Source of the DNA: Candidatus Saccharimonadota bacterium | Lineage (GTDB): Bacteria > Patescibacteriota > Patescibacteriia > 2-12-FULL-60-25 | Length of the DNA stretch: 32,000 bases | Reading direction: 5' to 3' | Assembly: GCA_963718585.1 (NCBI GenBank) | Contig: OY970357.1 | Span: 810,001 to 842,000, forward strand | Shown: positions 18,483 to 24,787 of the stretch, in pieces | Position numbering within the stretch: the first letter of the stretch is position 1 | Layout: each line of letters starts with the position of its first letter | Made by a program: the position numbers and the translations under genes | Notes under the pieces: generated by a model | Seen by the model: the letters and a program-made list of their open reading frames with translations, nothing else | What the model was told of the DNA's origin: nothing | Database searches by the model: none

Positions 18483-18488
18483 GCCGGC

Positions 18489-18517
18489 ATCATAGGTGAA
18501 ACCACATATCCGGTCAA
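18489..18517 (-). promoter_or_regulatory. Promoter TTGACC-17-TATGAT for rpsP
   Basis: Near-consensus hexamers with a 17-nt spacer, read on the minus strand. Confidence 0.55.
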
Positions 18518-18525
18518 GACCAAAC

Positions 18526-18551
18526 AAAAAGACCCCGTGCGGGGTCTTTTT
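18526..18551 (-). terminator. Intrinsic terminator after tRNA-Glu
   Basis: AAAAAGACCCC gtgc GGGGTCTTTTT, a perfect hairpin with A and T flanks. Confidence 0.75.
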
Positions 18552-18554
18552 GTT

Positions 18555-18629
18555 TGGTAGCCCGTAGGGGAATTGAACCCCTGTTAACGGCTTGAAAAGC
18601 CGCTGTCCTAACCATTAGACGAACGGGCC
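18555..18629 (-). tRNA. tRNA-Glu (anticodon UUC), 75 nt, CCA encoded
   Basis: I folded it by hand. The acceptor stem is GGCCCGT/ACGGGCT, the anticodon arm is GCGGC-TTTTCAA-GCCGT, the T arm is AGGGG-TTCAATT-CCCCT, and it ends in A-CCA. Confidence 0.95.
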
Positions 18630-18651
18630 ATTGATGGTTTTAAGCGCGATG

Positions 18652-18680
18652 AGAATACCCTGGATCACGACGCTCGTCAA
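18652..18680 (-). promoter_or_regulatory. Promoter TTGACG-17-TATTCT for tRNA-Glu
   Basis: Read on the minus strand. The -10 box is about 22 nt upstream of the mature 5' end. Confidence 0.45.
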
Positions 18681-18694
18681 TGTACGCGAAGGAT

Positions 18695-18730
18695 ATAAAA
18701 ATCCCCGGCGGCTCACATGAGCGGCCGGGG
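18695..18730 (-). terminator. Intrinsic terminator after the 337-aa gene
   Basis: CCCCGGCCGCTCA/TGAGCCGCCGGGG, a 13-bp stem with one mismatch, followed by ATTTTTAT. It begins 8 nt after the stop codon. Confidence 0.7.
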
Positions 18731-18738
18731 TGATGCAT

Positions 18739-19752
18739 TCAAGCTCCCTCGCCGGGGGCGTCCGCCTCCGGGTCGAGATTCAGGGTCAGGACGGCACCGG
18801 GTTCGACAACGCGCGGGTCGCGGCGCCAATGGGCGTCGGGTGCGGGTTCTGCGATCGCCTTCAGTGCGATCGCCGTCTCCGGTGCGACGAGGAGCAGTCG
18901 CGTCCCCTGCGCGAGGTCGACCACACGCTTCCACCACCGATGCATTTTGCGTGCGTTCGGCAGGAGCGTCGGCCAATCCTCCGGAAGCTTGGGGAGATCA
19001 CACCGCATGACATGCTTCAGCCGGATGTCGAGCTCACCGAGAGCCGGGACCACTCGTGGATCCACGAAGACCGGCTGCGGCAGACCGCCCGGATAGACCG
19101 AACGGATGCGGTTCATGACCTGACGGGCGAAGACGTGCGGATCTTCCACCTCATCCACGACGATCAAGGTCCACGCGATGGGGAGCCGAGACGTCGCCGG
19201 AACGGACAGAGGGTTCTGCCGAACGTCGCGAGCGACATTCTTGCGGAAGGTCCCGGTCTGCATCGGCGTCAACGCCTTTGGTCGTTTTTTTGTTCGATGT
19301 GCCTCATCCCAGAGCGACACACGCGGCGCATCCGGAAGATGGCCCATAAGCCGCTCCAGCGTCTCGATCTGGTTGATGGTGGGCACGATCATCGTTGCGA
19401 CCGTCCGATGGTCCACCACGTAGCAGAATTGATCTCCGTAGAGGTAGTAACAGCTTTCCGATCTGGCAGTCCCATACGACGAGATCTTCGGATGTTCGGT
19501 CCGTTGCCGTTTGGTGAATCGTTGACCGATCCGCGCCTCACGGCCCGGATGGATGAAGACGCGGCGCGAGACCACGTCCAACCGTTGCGATCGCGCGATC
19601 TCCGCGCGGACCTGATCCACGATGAGATCCTGTCGTTCATGCAGCATCCACGTCATGGTGTTCGGTGGAACGCGCTCGAACTGGAGTCGACGCTTCATCG
19701 CGTGAATACTGACGGTGATGAACTCGGACGGGCCAAACGACTCAGCCAACAC
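18739..19752 (-). CDS. Hypothetical protein, 337 aa, no family recognised
   Basis: The GTG start at 19752 lies 5 nt after AGGAGG. The gene has its own promoter and terminator, and its composition is protein-like, unlike the Arg-rich antisense ORF 18730..19809. Confidence 0.8.
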   Translation of the reverse strand: MLAESFGPSEFITVSIHAMKRRLQFERVPPNTMTWMLHERQDLIVDQVRAEIARSQRLDVVSRRVFIHPGREARIGQRFTKRQRTEHPKISSYGTARSESCYYLYGDQFCYVVDHRTVATMIVPTINQIETLERLMGHLPDAPRVSLWDEAHRTKKRPKALTPMQTGTFRKNVARDVRQNPLSVPATSRLPIAWTLIVVDEVEDPHVFARQVMNRIRSVYPGGLPQPVFVDPRVVPALGELDIRLKHVMRCDLPKLPEDWPTLLPNARKMHRWWKRVVDLAQGTRLLLVAPETAIALKAIAEPAPDAHWRRDPRVVEPGAVLTLNLDPEADAPGEGA

Positions 19753-19802
19753 GGGAACCTCCTGTGTAAAGGACGCGAAACGCCATACGTTTCGAATGAT
19801 CT

Positions 19803-19831
19803 AACCTAACGCGGAACGAGGATCACGTCAA
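19803..19831 (-). promoter_or_regulatory. Promoter TTGACG-17-TAGGTT for the 337-aa gene
   Basis: Read on the minus strand. It is followed by a 5' UTR hairpin, CGAAACG/CGTTTCG. Confidence 0.5.
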
Positions 19832-19848
19832 GTAGTGCACACTCCTAC

Positions 19849-19893
19849 AAAAAAACACCCCCGTCCGATCGCGTGAGCGAGCAGACAGGGGTG
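19849..19893 (-). terminator. Intrinsic terminator after the DHH/MYG1-like gene
   Basis: CACCCCTGTC/GACGGGGGTG, a 10-bp stem with one G-U pair, followed by T7. Confidence 0.7.
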
Positions 19894-19900
19894 AAGAGGT

Positions 19901-20854
19901 TCAAACGAGCAGATGGGACGTGCCGACCTCGGCGATCCCGTCACGCAGATGGGTCCGAAGGTCTTCCGTGGAGAGACGCGTCGGTGACGTCCCCCGCGTA
20001 CTATTGCCTCCGTTCAGGAGCATTCGTCCGCGCCGGTGGAAATACCATTCGGGCAGACCGGGAACGGAATCCGCCTGCGCGAGGACGTCATCGTCGACCG
20101 GGACATCGATACCCTTTGCCTTGAACTCGGCTTTCCGGATACGCCGCAATGCCGGTCCCAGCTCGAGCTTTCGGCGCTGGTTCGTCGCGATGAACGCGGA
20201 ACCGTTCGACCGTCGGACCAGGACGATGTCCGCCTGACAGCCATCGGACGACCGGACGAACTTCGCGATGGTCAGAGCATCCGACTCGACGGTCGCGAAC
20301 GTGTAGGTGCACCCACTGGCGTCTTCGATATGCTCCACGATCACGTTGCGGAAATCCTCCCGCGCGCGATGATGATAGTCGATGTCCTGGAACATGGCGG
20401 CGCGGATGGCCATCGTGGCCCATGCGAGGACCGCATCTGGATCATCCGGATGCGCGGCGTGCATGTTCTTGACCGTCGTGGCCAGATCGAATGCCCCGGC
20501 TGAAGCCGTCGAATCGATCCGGCTCGCGTACTTGAGGATGCGATCCCATGCGGGATCCTCATCGAGGCCGAGCGCCCGTGCGACAAGGGTCGCACAGCAG
20601 ACGCGGATCAGCGGGTTGTCGTTGCGTTCGGCGTGTTCGTCGAAACGACCACGGCCTACGCCGACGAGGAGGACGCCTTCGCGCTCCAGGTCACTCGCGG
20701 TCTTCCCATCGGGAAGGGCTTCGTCCGCCCCCATGTACGTGACGTGTGCGGTCGAGACCCCAGGGAACAGATCTTCCCCGTGGTCGCGAAGCGCGACAAT
20801 GGCCACATACTCGTCGAAATGCGCACCGACGTGCGTCCGGATCTCCGTGAACAT
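19901..20854 (-). CDS. Putative metal-dependent phosphoesterase, DHH/MYG1 (UPF0160)-like; function tentative
   Basis: The ATG lies 6 nt after AAGGAG. Motifs are an N-terminal THVGAHFDEYVA (compare MYG1 THxGxFHxDE), VGVGRGRFDEH (compare VDVGGxxD..R.DHH) and a C-terminal WYFHRRGRMLLNGGNSTRG (compare FVHxSGFIGG). The confidence value is for the CDS itself; the family assignment is about 0.4. Confidence 0.8.
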   Translation of the reverse strand: MFTEIRTHVGAHFDEYVAIVALRDHGEDLFPGVSTAHVTYMGADEALPDGKTASDLEREGVLLVGVGRGRFDEHAERNDNPLIRVCCATLVARALGLDEDPAWDRILKYASRIDSTASAGAFDLATTVKNMHAAHPDDPDAVLAWATMAIRAAMFQDIDYHHRAREDFRNVIVEHIEDASGCTYTFATVESDALTIAKFVRSSDGCQADIVLVRRSNGSAFIATNQRRKLELGPALRRIRKAEFKAKGIDVPVDDDVLAQADSVPGLPEWYFHRRGRMLLNGGNSTRGTSPTRLSTEDLRTHLRDGIAEVGTSHLLV

Positions 20855-20912
20855 TCAGGCTCCTTTGTAGAAGGTGGAAAGGACATCCCTCTCGGGAGAG
20901 AGGAAGTCGCTT

Positions 20913-20941
20913 AATCTACCAGCAAATGCGACTTTTGTCAA
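20913..20941 (-). promoter_or_regulatory. Promoter TTGACA-17-TAGATT for the DHH/MYG1-like gene
   Basis: A consensus -35 hexamer with a 17-nt spacer. The 5' UTR hairpin CCTCTC-tccc-GAGAGG lies at 20888..20903. Confidence 0.55.
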
Positions 20942-20966
20942 GCATCCCGACGGGTCTTGAATGATC

Positions 20967-20994
20967 AAAAAAACGCCCGATGTGGGCGTTTTTT
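20967..20994 (-). terminator. Intrinsic terminator after tsf
   Basis: AAAAAAACGCCC gatgt GGGCGTTTTTT. Confidence 0.7.
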
Positions 20995-21009
20995 ACATCT
21001 TTCCTCGTT

Positions 21010-21618
21010 TCAGCACGCGGCCGGAGGTGGAGACATCTGATAGCGCACGAAACGTGCGATCACGATCTTCTCTCCGATCTTCGCGATCTTCTCCGTGATG
21101 AGGTCTTCGATCGTCTTATCCTCGTCCTTGAAGAATGATTGCTTCGTGAGGCACACCTCTGTGAACCACTTGTTCAGCTTCCCCTCGATGATCTTCGCTT
21201 TGATGTCATCCGGTTTGTTCTCCTGAGCCATCTCCGCCGTGAAGATCTCCCGCTGTTTTTCCAATTCGTTCTGCGGGACCATCTCCGGCGAGACATACAA
21301 CGGGTCCATGGCCGCGATCTGCATCGCGATGTCATTGGCGAGTCCCTGAAATTCTTCATTGCGGGCCACGAAATCCGTCTCACACTGCACCTCGACCATC
21401 GAGCCGAGCTTTTTCGTGTGATGGATGTACGAGGCCACGACGCCTTCGGCGGTCGTGCGTTCCGCGGACTTCTTCGCTGCTTTCGCAGCCCCCTTCTTTT
21501 TAAGGATCTCGATAGCCTTGTCCATGTCATCACCAGCCTCTTCGAGTGCCTGCTTGCAATCGACGACACCAGCGCCGGTGCGATTACGAAGTTCCATCAC
21601 GCTTTTTGCGTCTGTCAT
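21010..21618 (-). CDS. tsf: Elongation factor Ts (short form, 202 aa)
   Basis: VMELRNRTGAGVVDCKQALEEAGDDMDKAIEILKKKG (the UBA-like N-terminus) and ETDFVARNEEF. Confidence 0.95.
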   Translation of the reverse strand: MTDAKSVMELRNRTGAGVVDCKQALEEAGDDMDKAIEILKKKGAAKAAKKSAERTTAEGVVASYIHHTKKLGSMVEVQCETDFVARNEEFQGLANDIAMQIAAMDPLYVSPEMVPQNELEKQREIFTAEMAQENKPDDIKAKIIEGKLNKWFTEVCLTKQSFFKDEDKTIEDLITEKIAKIGEKIVIARFVRYQMSPPPAAC

Positions 21619-21652
21619 AAGGTACAGTCGTAAATCATTAATCGTTCATCAT

Positions 21653-22414
21653 TCACGAAACCACCTGCTTCGTCGGCTCGCGATGCGCGTTCACGAGCGA
21701 CCCACCAAGCCGAGCGCGCGCCTTCTCCCATTCGTCACGACCGTCGCGGCACGCCGAAGCGATCCGGGTTGCGATGAGTTCAAGAGCTTTGACAGCGTCA
21801 TCATTCGCTGGGATCGGATAGTCGACCGACGTCGGGTTCACGTTGGAATCGCAGATCGCGACGACCTTGATCCCGCGACGGACGGCTTCATCGAGCGCGG
21901 TGTTGTCCTTCCGGATATCGAGGAGGAAGATCGCGTCCGGGACGCGCGTCAGCTCCTGGATCCCACCGATCTTCTCATCGAGTTTTTCGATCTCTTCACT
22001 GAACTTCTGTTGTTCGAATTTCGTATATTTCGCAAGCTCCCCGCGTTCCTGCTTCTTTTTCAGATCCTTGAACTTCCGGATAAGCTGCGCAATCACGGGA
22101 AAATTGGTGAATGTACCACCGAGCCAACGCTTGTTCACGTACGGCATCCCGCACGATTCCGCAGCGCTCCGGACGATGTCCGACGCCTGCTTCTTCGTCC
22201 CGATAAAGAGGACGGTGCCACCATGCTGACACACGGACTTCACGAAGGCTTGAGCGGACTCGAGTGCCTGCTGCGTCTCTTCGAGGTTGATGATGTGGAT
22301 GCCCTGACGACTCCCAAAGAGATACTTTTTCATCTTCGGATGCCATTTGGACGTCCGGTGGCCGAAATGGGCCCCGGCTTGGAGGAGTTCCGTAAGTGTA
22401 GGAACTTTTGACAT
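21653..22414 (-). CDS. rpsB: 30S ribosomal protein S2
   Basis: LLQAGAHFGHRTSKWHPKMKKYLFG...GIHIINLEET...VLFIGTKKQA. Confidence 0.95.
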   Translation of the reverse strand: MSKVPTLTELLQAGAHFGHRTSKWHPKMKKYLFGSRQGIHIINLEETQQALESAQAFVKSVCQHGGTVLFIGTKKQASDIVRSAAESCGMPYVNKRWLGGTFTNFPVIAQLIRKFKDLKKKQERGELAKYTKFEQQKFSEEIEKLDEKIGGIQELTRVPDAIFLLDIRKDNTALDEAVRRGIKVVAICDSNVNPTSVDYPIPANDDAVKALELIATRIASACRDGRDEWEKARARLGGSLVNAHREPTKQVVS

Positions 22415-22419
22415 AGTAT

Positions 22420-22455
22420 GGATACTGGCCTTTTAACCTCTCCGTCGCAGTATCC
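22420..22455 (-). promoter_or_regulatory. rpsB leader hairpin GGATACTG-n20-CAGTATCC, ending 5 nt before the ATG
   Basis: A perfect 8-bp inverted repeat. The loop contains GGAGAGG, the only SD-like element in the leader. Confidence 0.4.
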
Positions 22456-22541
22456 GGACCCCAGTATGATCACCAGGGAGGCCCCGAAAACCTTAAAAAA
22501 CGACGGATGGGAGATGAATAACGCCCAGTACGGGCGCCCGG

Positions 22542-22570
22542 ACAGTATCACAGACCGTCATGCCGGGCAA
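22542..22570 (-). promoter_or_regulatory. Candidate rpsB promoter TTGCCC-17-(TGa)TACTGT
   Basis: Read on the minus strand. It implies a leader of about 125 nt. Confidence 0.4.
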
Positions 22571-22606
22571 CCCCCTGTCCCAAGGAGGTGCAGGACGGAA
22601 ACTCGA

Positions 22607-22644
22607 CAAAAAGAAAAGCGGCGCACCAGAGAAGGCGCGCCGCT
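22607..22644 (-). terminator. Intrinsic terminator after lipoprotein A
   Basis: AGCGGCGCGCC/GGTGCGCCGCT, an 11-bp stem, followed by TTTCTTTTTG. Confidence 0.7.
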
Positions 22645-22654
22645 TGAGTCCGCA

Positions 22655-23449
22655 TCAAGGGACCTGGAAGACCAGGTCCAAATGTTGCGGATTGGCAAAG
22701 TGCATGATCGTCGAGAGGAGCCCGCCGGTCGTGCCGTTCGTGAGGGTCCCGACTGCGGTACCATCCTTGTAGACCACGACCTTCCCCTTGCAGGTGGTCG
22801 GATCGCAATTCCACTGATTCCCACCGTTGGTCGAAGAGGAATGAATGGTGACCGTGAACTGGACGGTCGTGTCCGTGTCGAGCGATCCGAGCGGGCACGT
22901 GACCGTGTCCAAGAGCGGATCCGGATCCACACAAGGACCACTTGTTCCGCTCAGCGGACTCCCGTAGTACTGGTCGATCGATTTTCCGGGTGGCGCGATA
23001 CCACCGGAAAGGCCGACGAACGTCCCGACCGGATGGTTGGGATACACGCCGCAGATGGACCAGCCATGCTGGATGATCGGCCCGCATGGACCGAGTGGGA
23101 CGCCGCCGTCACCGGCATCGCCCGCATCGGCATTGACCGTACCGCCGGAACCAGCCTGACCAGCAGAACCGGCCTGGCCCGCTGTCCCCGACGATCCGCC
23201 GGAACCAGCCTGACCAGCAGAACCGGCCTGGCCCGCTGTCCCCGACGATCCGCCGGAACCAGCGTCTATCCCAGCGGTTCCACCGGCGCCGGCCTGACCA
23301 GCAGAACCAGCGGTTCCACCAGCGCCGGCAACGGCACCACCGGATCCAGAAGCGCCTGCGCTTCCATCACCAGGTGCCGAGGTGAAGGTGGCACCGGTGC
23401 ATGCAACAACGACGAACCCTGCGCATAGGAGCGCCACGAAACGGGTCAT
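22655..23449 (-). CDS. Putative lipoprotein A: lipobox, Gly/Ala/Ser/Gln-rich repeat spacer and a 6-Cys C-terminal domain
   Basis: The ATG lies 4 nt after AAGGAGG. The signal is MTRFVALLCAGFVVVAC. The spacer contains (GSGGSSGTAGQAGSAGQA)x2. The C-terminal domain has 6 Cys. Confidence 0.8.
   Translation of the reverse strand: MTRFVALLCAGFVVVACTGATFTSAPGDGSAGASGSGGAVAGAGGTAGSAGQAGAGGTAGIDAGSGGSSGTAGQAGSAGQAGSGGSSGTAGQAGSAGQAGSGGTVNADAGDAGDGGVPLGPCGPIIQHGWSICGVYPNHPVGTFVGLSGGIAPPGKSIDQYYGSPLSGTSGPCVDPDPLLDTVTCPLGSLDTDTTVQFTVTIHSSSTNGGNQWNCDPTTCKGKVVVYKDGTAVGTLTNGTTGGLLSTIMHFANPQHLDLVFQVP
23142..23263 (-). repeat. Perfect in-frame 54-bp tandem repeat, 2.26 copies
   Basis: 23142..23195 is identical to 23196..23249 (54/54), and a third copy matches for 14 nt. 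Confidence 0.9.
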
Positions 23450-23472
23450 TGAACCTCCTTATTGAAGTGAAA

Positions 23473-23509
23473 GTGCCCCTCTCCGACAATGGAGGTCGGA
23501 AAGGGGCAC
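23473..23509 (-). other. 15-bp intergenic hairpin between the two lipoprotein genes
   Basis: GTGCCCCTTTCCGAC-n7-GTCGGAGAGGGGCAC with one G-U pair, followed by a weak U tract (TTTCACTTC). It could be a partial terminator or a processing/stability element. Confidence 0.5.
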
Positions 23510-23532
23510 GTCAAGGGATGATTCCCGGTGCC

Positions 23533-24249
23533 TTACGGCGCCGGGACGGTGTACATGGCGTTTTGGGGAGAGGACGATTCGTCCGACCCCGCGAGCGCGC
23601 CCGTGAACGTGCCGCTCTTGAGCGACCCGACTTCGGACGAACCGAGGCAGGCCGTGTAAGAACCGGCACGGAAGACGCCTCCGTCGGCGACGCCCATGAA
23701 GTAGGTACCGGTCGGCGATGACGCATCGGCGTGCAACCCAGTGACGAAGTAGACCTTCGTCCCCGTGGGGGCTGCACCGAAATCGCACAGGAATGACGAC
23801 GCGGTGTCATCGACGGCGACGCACCCAGGGTACGGATCCGACCACGCGACGTCGACGATCCCGGAAGAACCAGGGTAGTCGACCCACGCAGCAAATCCGA
23901 GATACCCGGAGCCGTGCGGCGAAGGAGCCGTGAAGCTCACGGCCACATGACCGTCCGCGACCCCGTCACAGGGTCCCGGCGGTGCAGCCTCTGCCGTTGC
24001 GTCCGCTTTCGCGTCAGCTTCGGCATCGGTCTTGGCGTCAGCCGTTGCGTCCGCTTTCGCGTCAGCTTCGGCATCGGTCTTGGCGTCAGCCATGGCGTCC
24101 GCTTTCGCGTCCTTCTTGGGAGTCACGTCCGCCTTGGCGTCAGCCGTGGCGTCGGGCCCCGCATCGGGGTTCCCGAAGTTGATGTCGTCCGCAGCGTTAC
24201 CGCAGGCGGTGACCAGCAAGAACATGCCGGCGATGAACAGACCTTTCAT
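23533..24249 (-). CDS. Putative lipoprotein B: lipobox, Asp/Ala/Lys-rich repeat spacer and a 4-Cys beta-rich domain
   Basis: The start was chosen at ATG 24249, which lies 6 nt after AAGAGG. The signal is MKGLFIAGMFLLVTAC. The spacer contains (TDAEADAKADATADAK)x2. Confidence 0.8.
   Translation of the reverse strand: MKGLFIAGMFLLVTACGNAADDINFGNPDAGPDATADAKADVTPKKDAKADAMADAKTDAEADAKADATADAKTDAEADAKADATAEAAPPGPCDGVADGHVAVSFTAPSPHGSGYLGFAAWVDYPGSSGIVDVAWSDPYPGCVAVDDTASSFLCDFGAAPTGTKVYFVTGLHADASSPTGTYFMGVADGGVFRAGSYTACLGSSEVGSLKSGTFTGALAGSDESSSPQNAMYTVPAP
23993..24112 (-). repeat. Perfect in-frame 48-bp tandem repeat, 2.5 copies
   Basis: 23993..24040 is identical to 24041..24088 (48/48). A third half-copy has 3 differences. 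Confidence 0.9.
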
Positions 24250-24317
24250 GTTTACCTCTTTTTGGGTGAAGGATCGGGGTCTCCCCCGTCGGCAATGGGC
24301 CAAAGTGGGAAGGGATG

Positions 24318-24346
24318 ATTACACCATAAAATGGCCCTTTTGTCAA
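24318..24346 (-). promoter_or_regulatory. Promoter TTGACA-17-TGTAAT for the lipoprotein pair
   Basis: A consensus -35 hexamer with a 17-nt spacer, read on the minus strand. Confidence 0.6.
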
Positions 24347-24365
24347 GGTATGACTCAACAAAGCA

Positions 24366-24393
24366 AAGAAAAAAGGTCCGAAATGGACCTTTT
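24366..24393 (-). terminator. Intrinsic terminator after the 103-aa gene
   Basis: AAAAGGTCC-n5-GGACCTTTT followed by TTCTTTG. Confidence 0.65.
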
Positions 24394-24418
24394 AATAAAG
24401 AAAGGATGAAAAGAGAGA

Positions 24419-24730
24419 TCAGCTCCGGCCCGGAAATGTCGCCAGATACTGCTTATGCGCCCAAGGACGGGCATGATCGACCGCAGTGAGCAGGCTCGGT
24501 TTGAGCACCTTGCGCAGGTCCGTATCACCAGCAGCGTTCATGAAGCGGATCGCCTCATCGCGCGTGATCTTCTCGTTGTGACGCTGTCGTCGGACGATCT
24601 CGACGAGCATCTCCTCCTGCGTAAACGTGGAAAGGGACGTCGCCCGTTCCTCGAAGGTCCGTGGACGTTCCGGGCCGCCGTTGGTGACAAACCGTTGACC
24701 GCTCTGTTCTCGCAATTCCGAAAAGGACAT
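24419..24730 (-). CDS. Hypothetical protein, 103 aa
   Basis: The ATG lies 5 nt after GGAGG. The gene has its own promoter and terminator. I recognise no motif. Confidence 0.7.
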   Translation of the reverse strand: MSFSELREQSGQRFVTNGGPERPRTFEERATSLSTFTQEEMLVEIVRRQRHNEKITRDEAIRFMNAAGDTDLRKVLKPSLLTAVDHARPWAHKQYLATFPGRS

Positions 24731-24749
24731 CTACACCTCCAATGGCCGG

Positions 24750-24778
24750 AAGATACCAAAAAAGGACGTCATCGTCAA
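24750..24778 (-). promoter_or_regulatory. Promoter TTGACG-17-(TGg)TATCTT for the 103-aa gene
   Basis: Read on the minus strand, directly after the prfA stop. Confidence 0.55.
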
Positions 24779-24787
24779 TCCACCACC

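Noticed and set aside
18310-18525. A possible SRP (4.5S) RNA, considered because of the purine-rich GGAGGAAGGAAG on the plus strand and the usual ffh-rpsP neighbourhood.
   Set aside because: I could not build the conserved helix-8 core (a GNRA-closed stem with the AGCA and GGAA loops) on either strand. I treat the region as an rpsP leader instead. An Infernal scan would settle it.
18730-19809. A 359-aa plus-strand ORF fully antisense to the 337-aa gene.
   Set aside because: Its composition is Arg/Pro/Gly-rich and low in complexity, typical of a shadow ORF in GC-rich DNA. It has no RBS or promoter. The minus-strand ORF has a promoter, an SD and a terminator.
18555-20941. A genomic island integrated at tRNA-Glu.
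   Set aside because: There is no integrase or recombinase, no direct repeat of the tRNA 3' half, and no obvious compositional break.
22418-23428. A 336-aa plus-strand ORF antisense to lipoprotein A.
   Set aside because: It is an Arg-rich shadow frame of the GC-rich repeat region, has no translation signals, and runs through the rpsB promoter and terminator region.
23142-24112. Tandem repeats considered as a possible CRISPR array.
   Set aside because: The units are contiguous with no spacers, in frame, and lie inside coding sequence, where they encode low-complexity protein spacers.
22655-24249. A diversity-generating retroelement (DGR) target, since surface proteins in CPR-like genomes are often DGR targets.
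   Set aside because: The window has no reverse transcriptase and no template-repeat copy of either C-terminal region.
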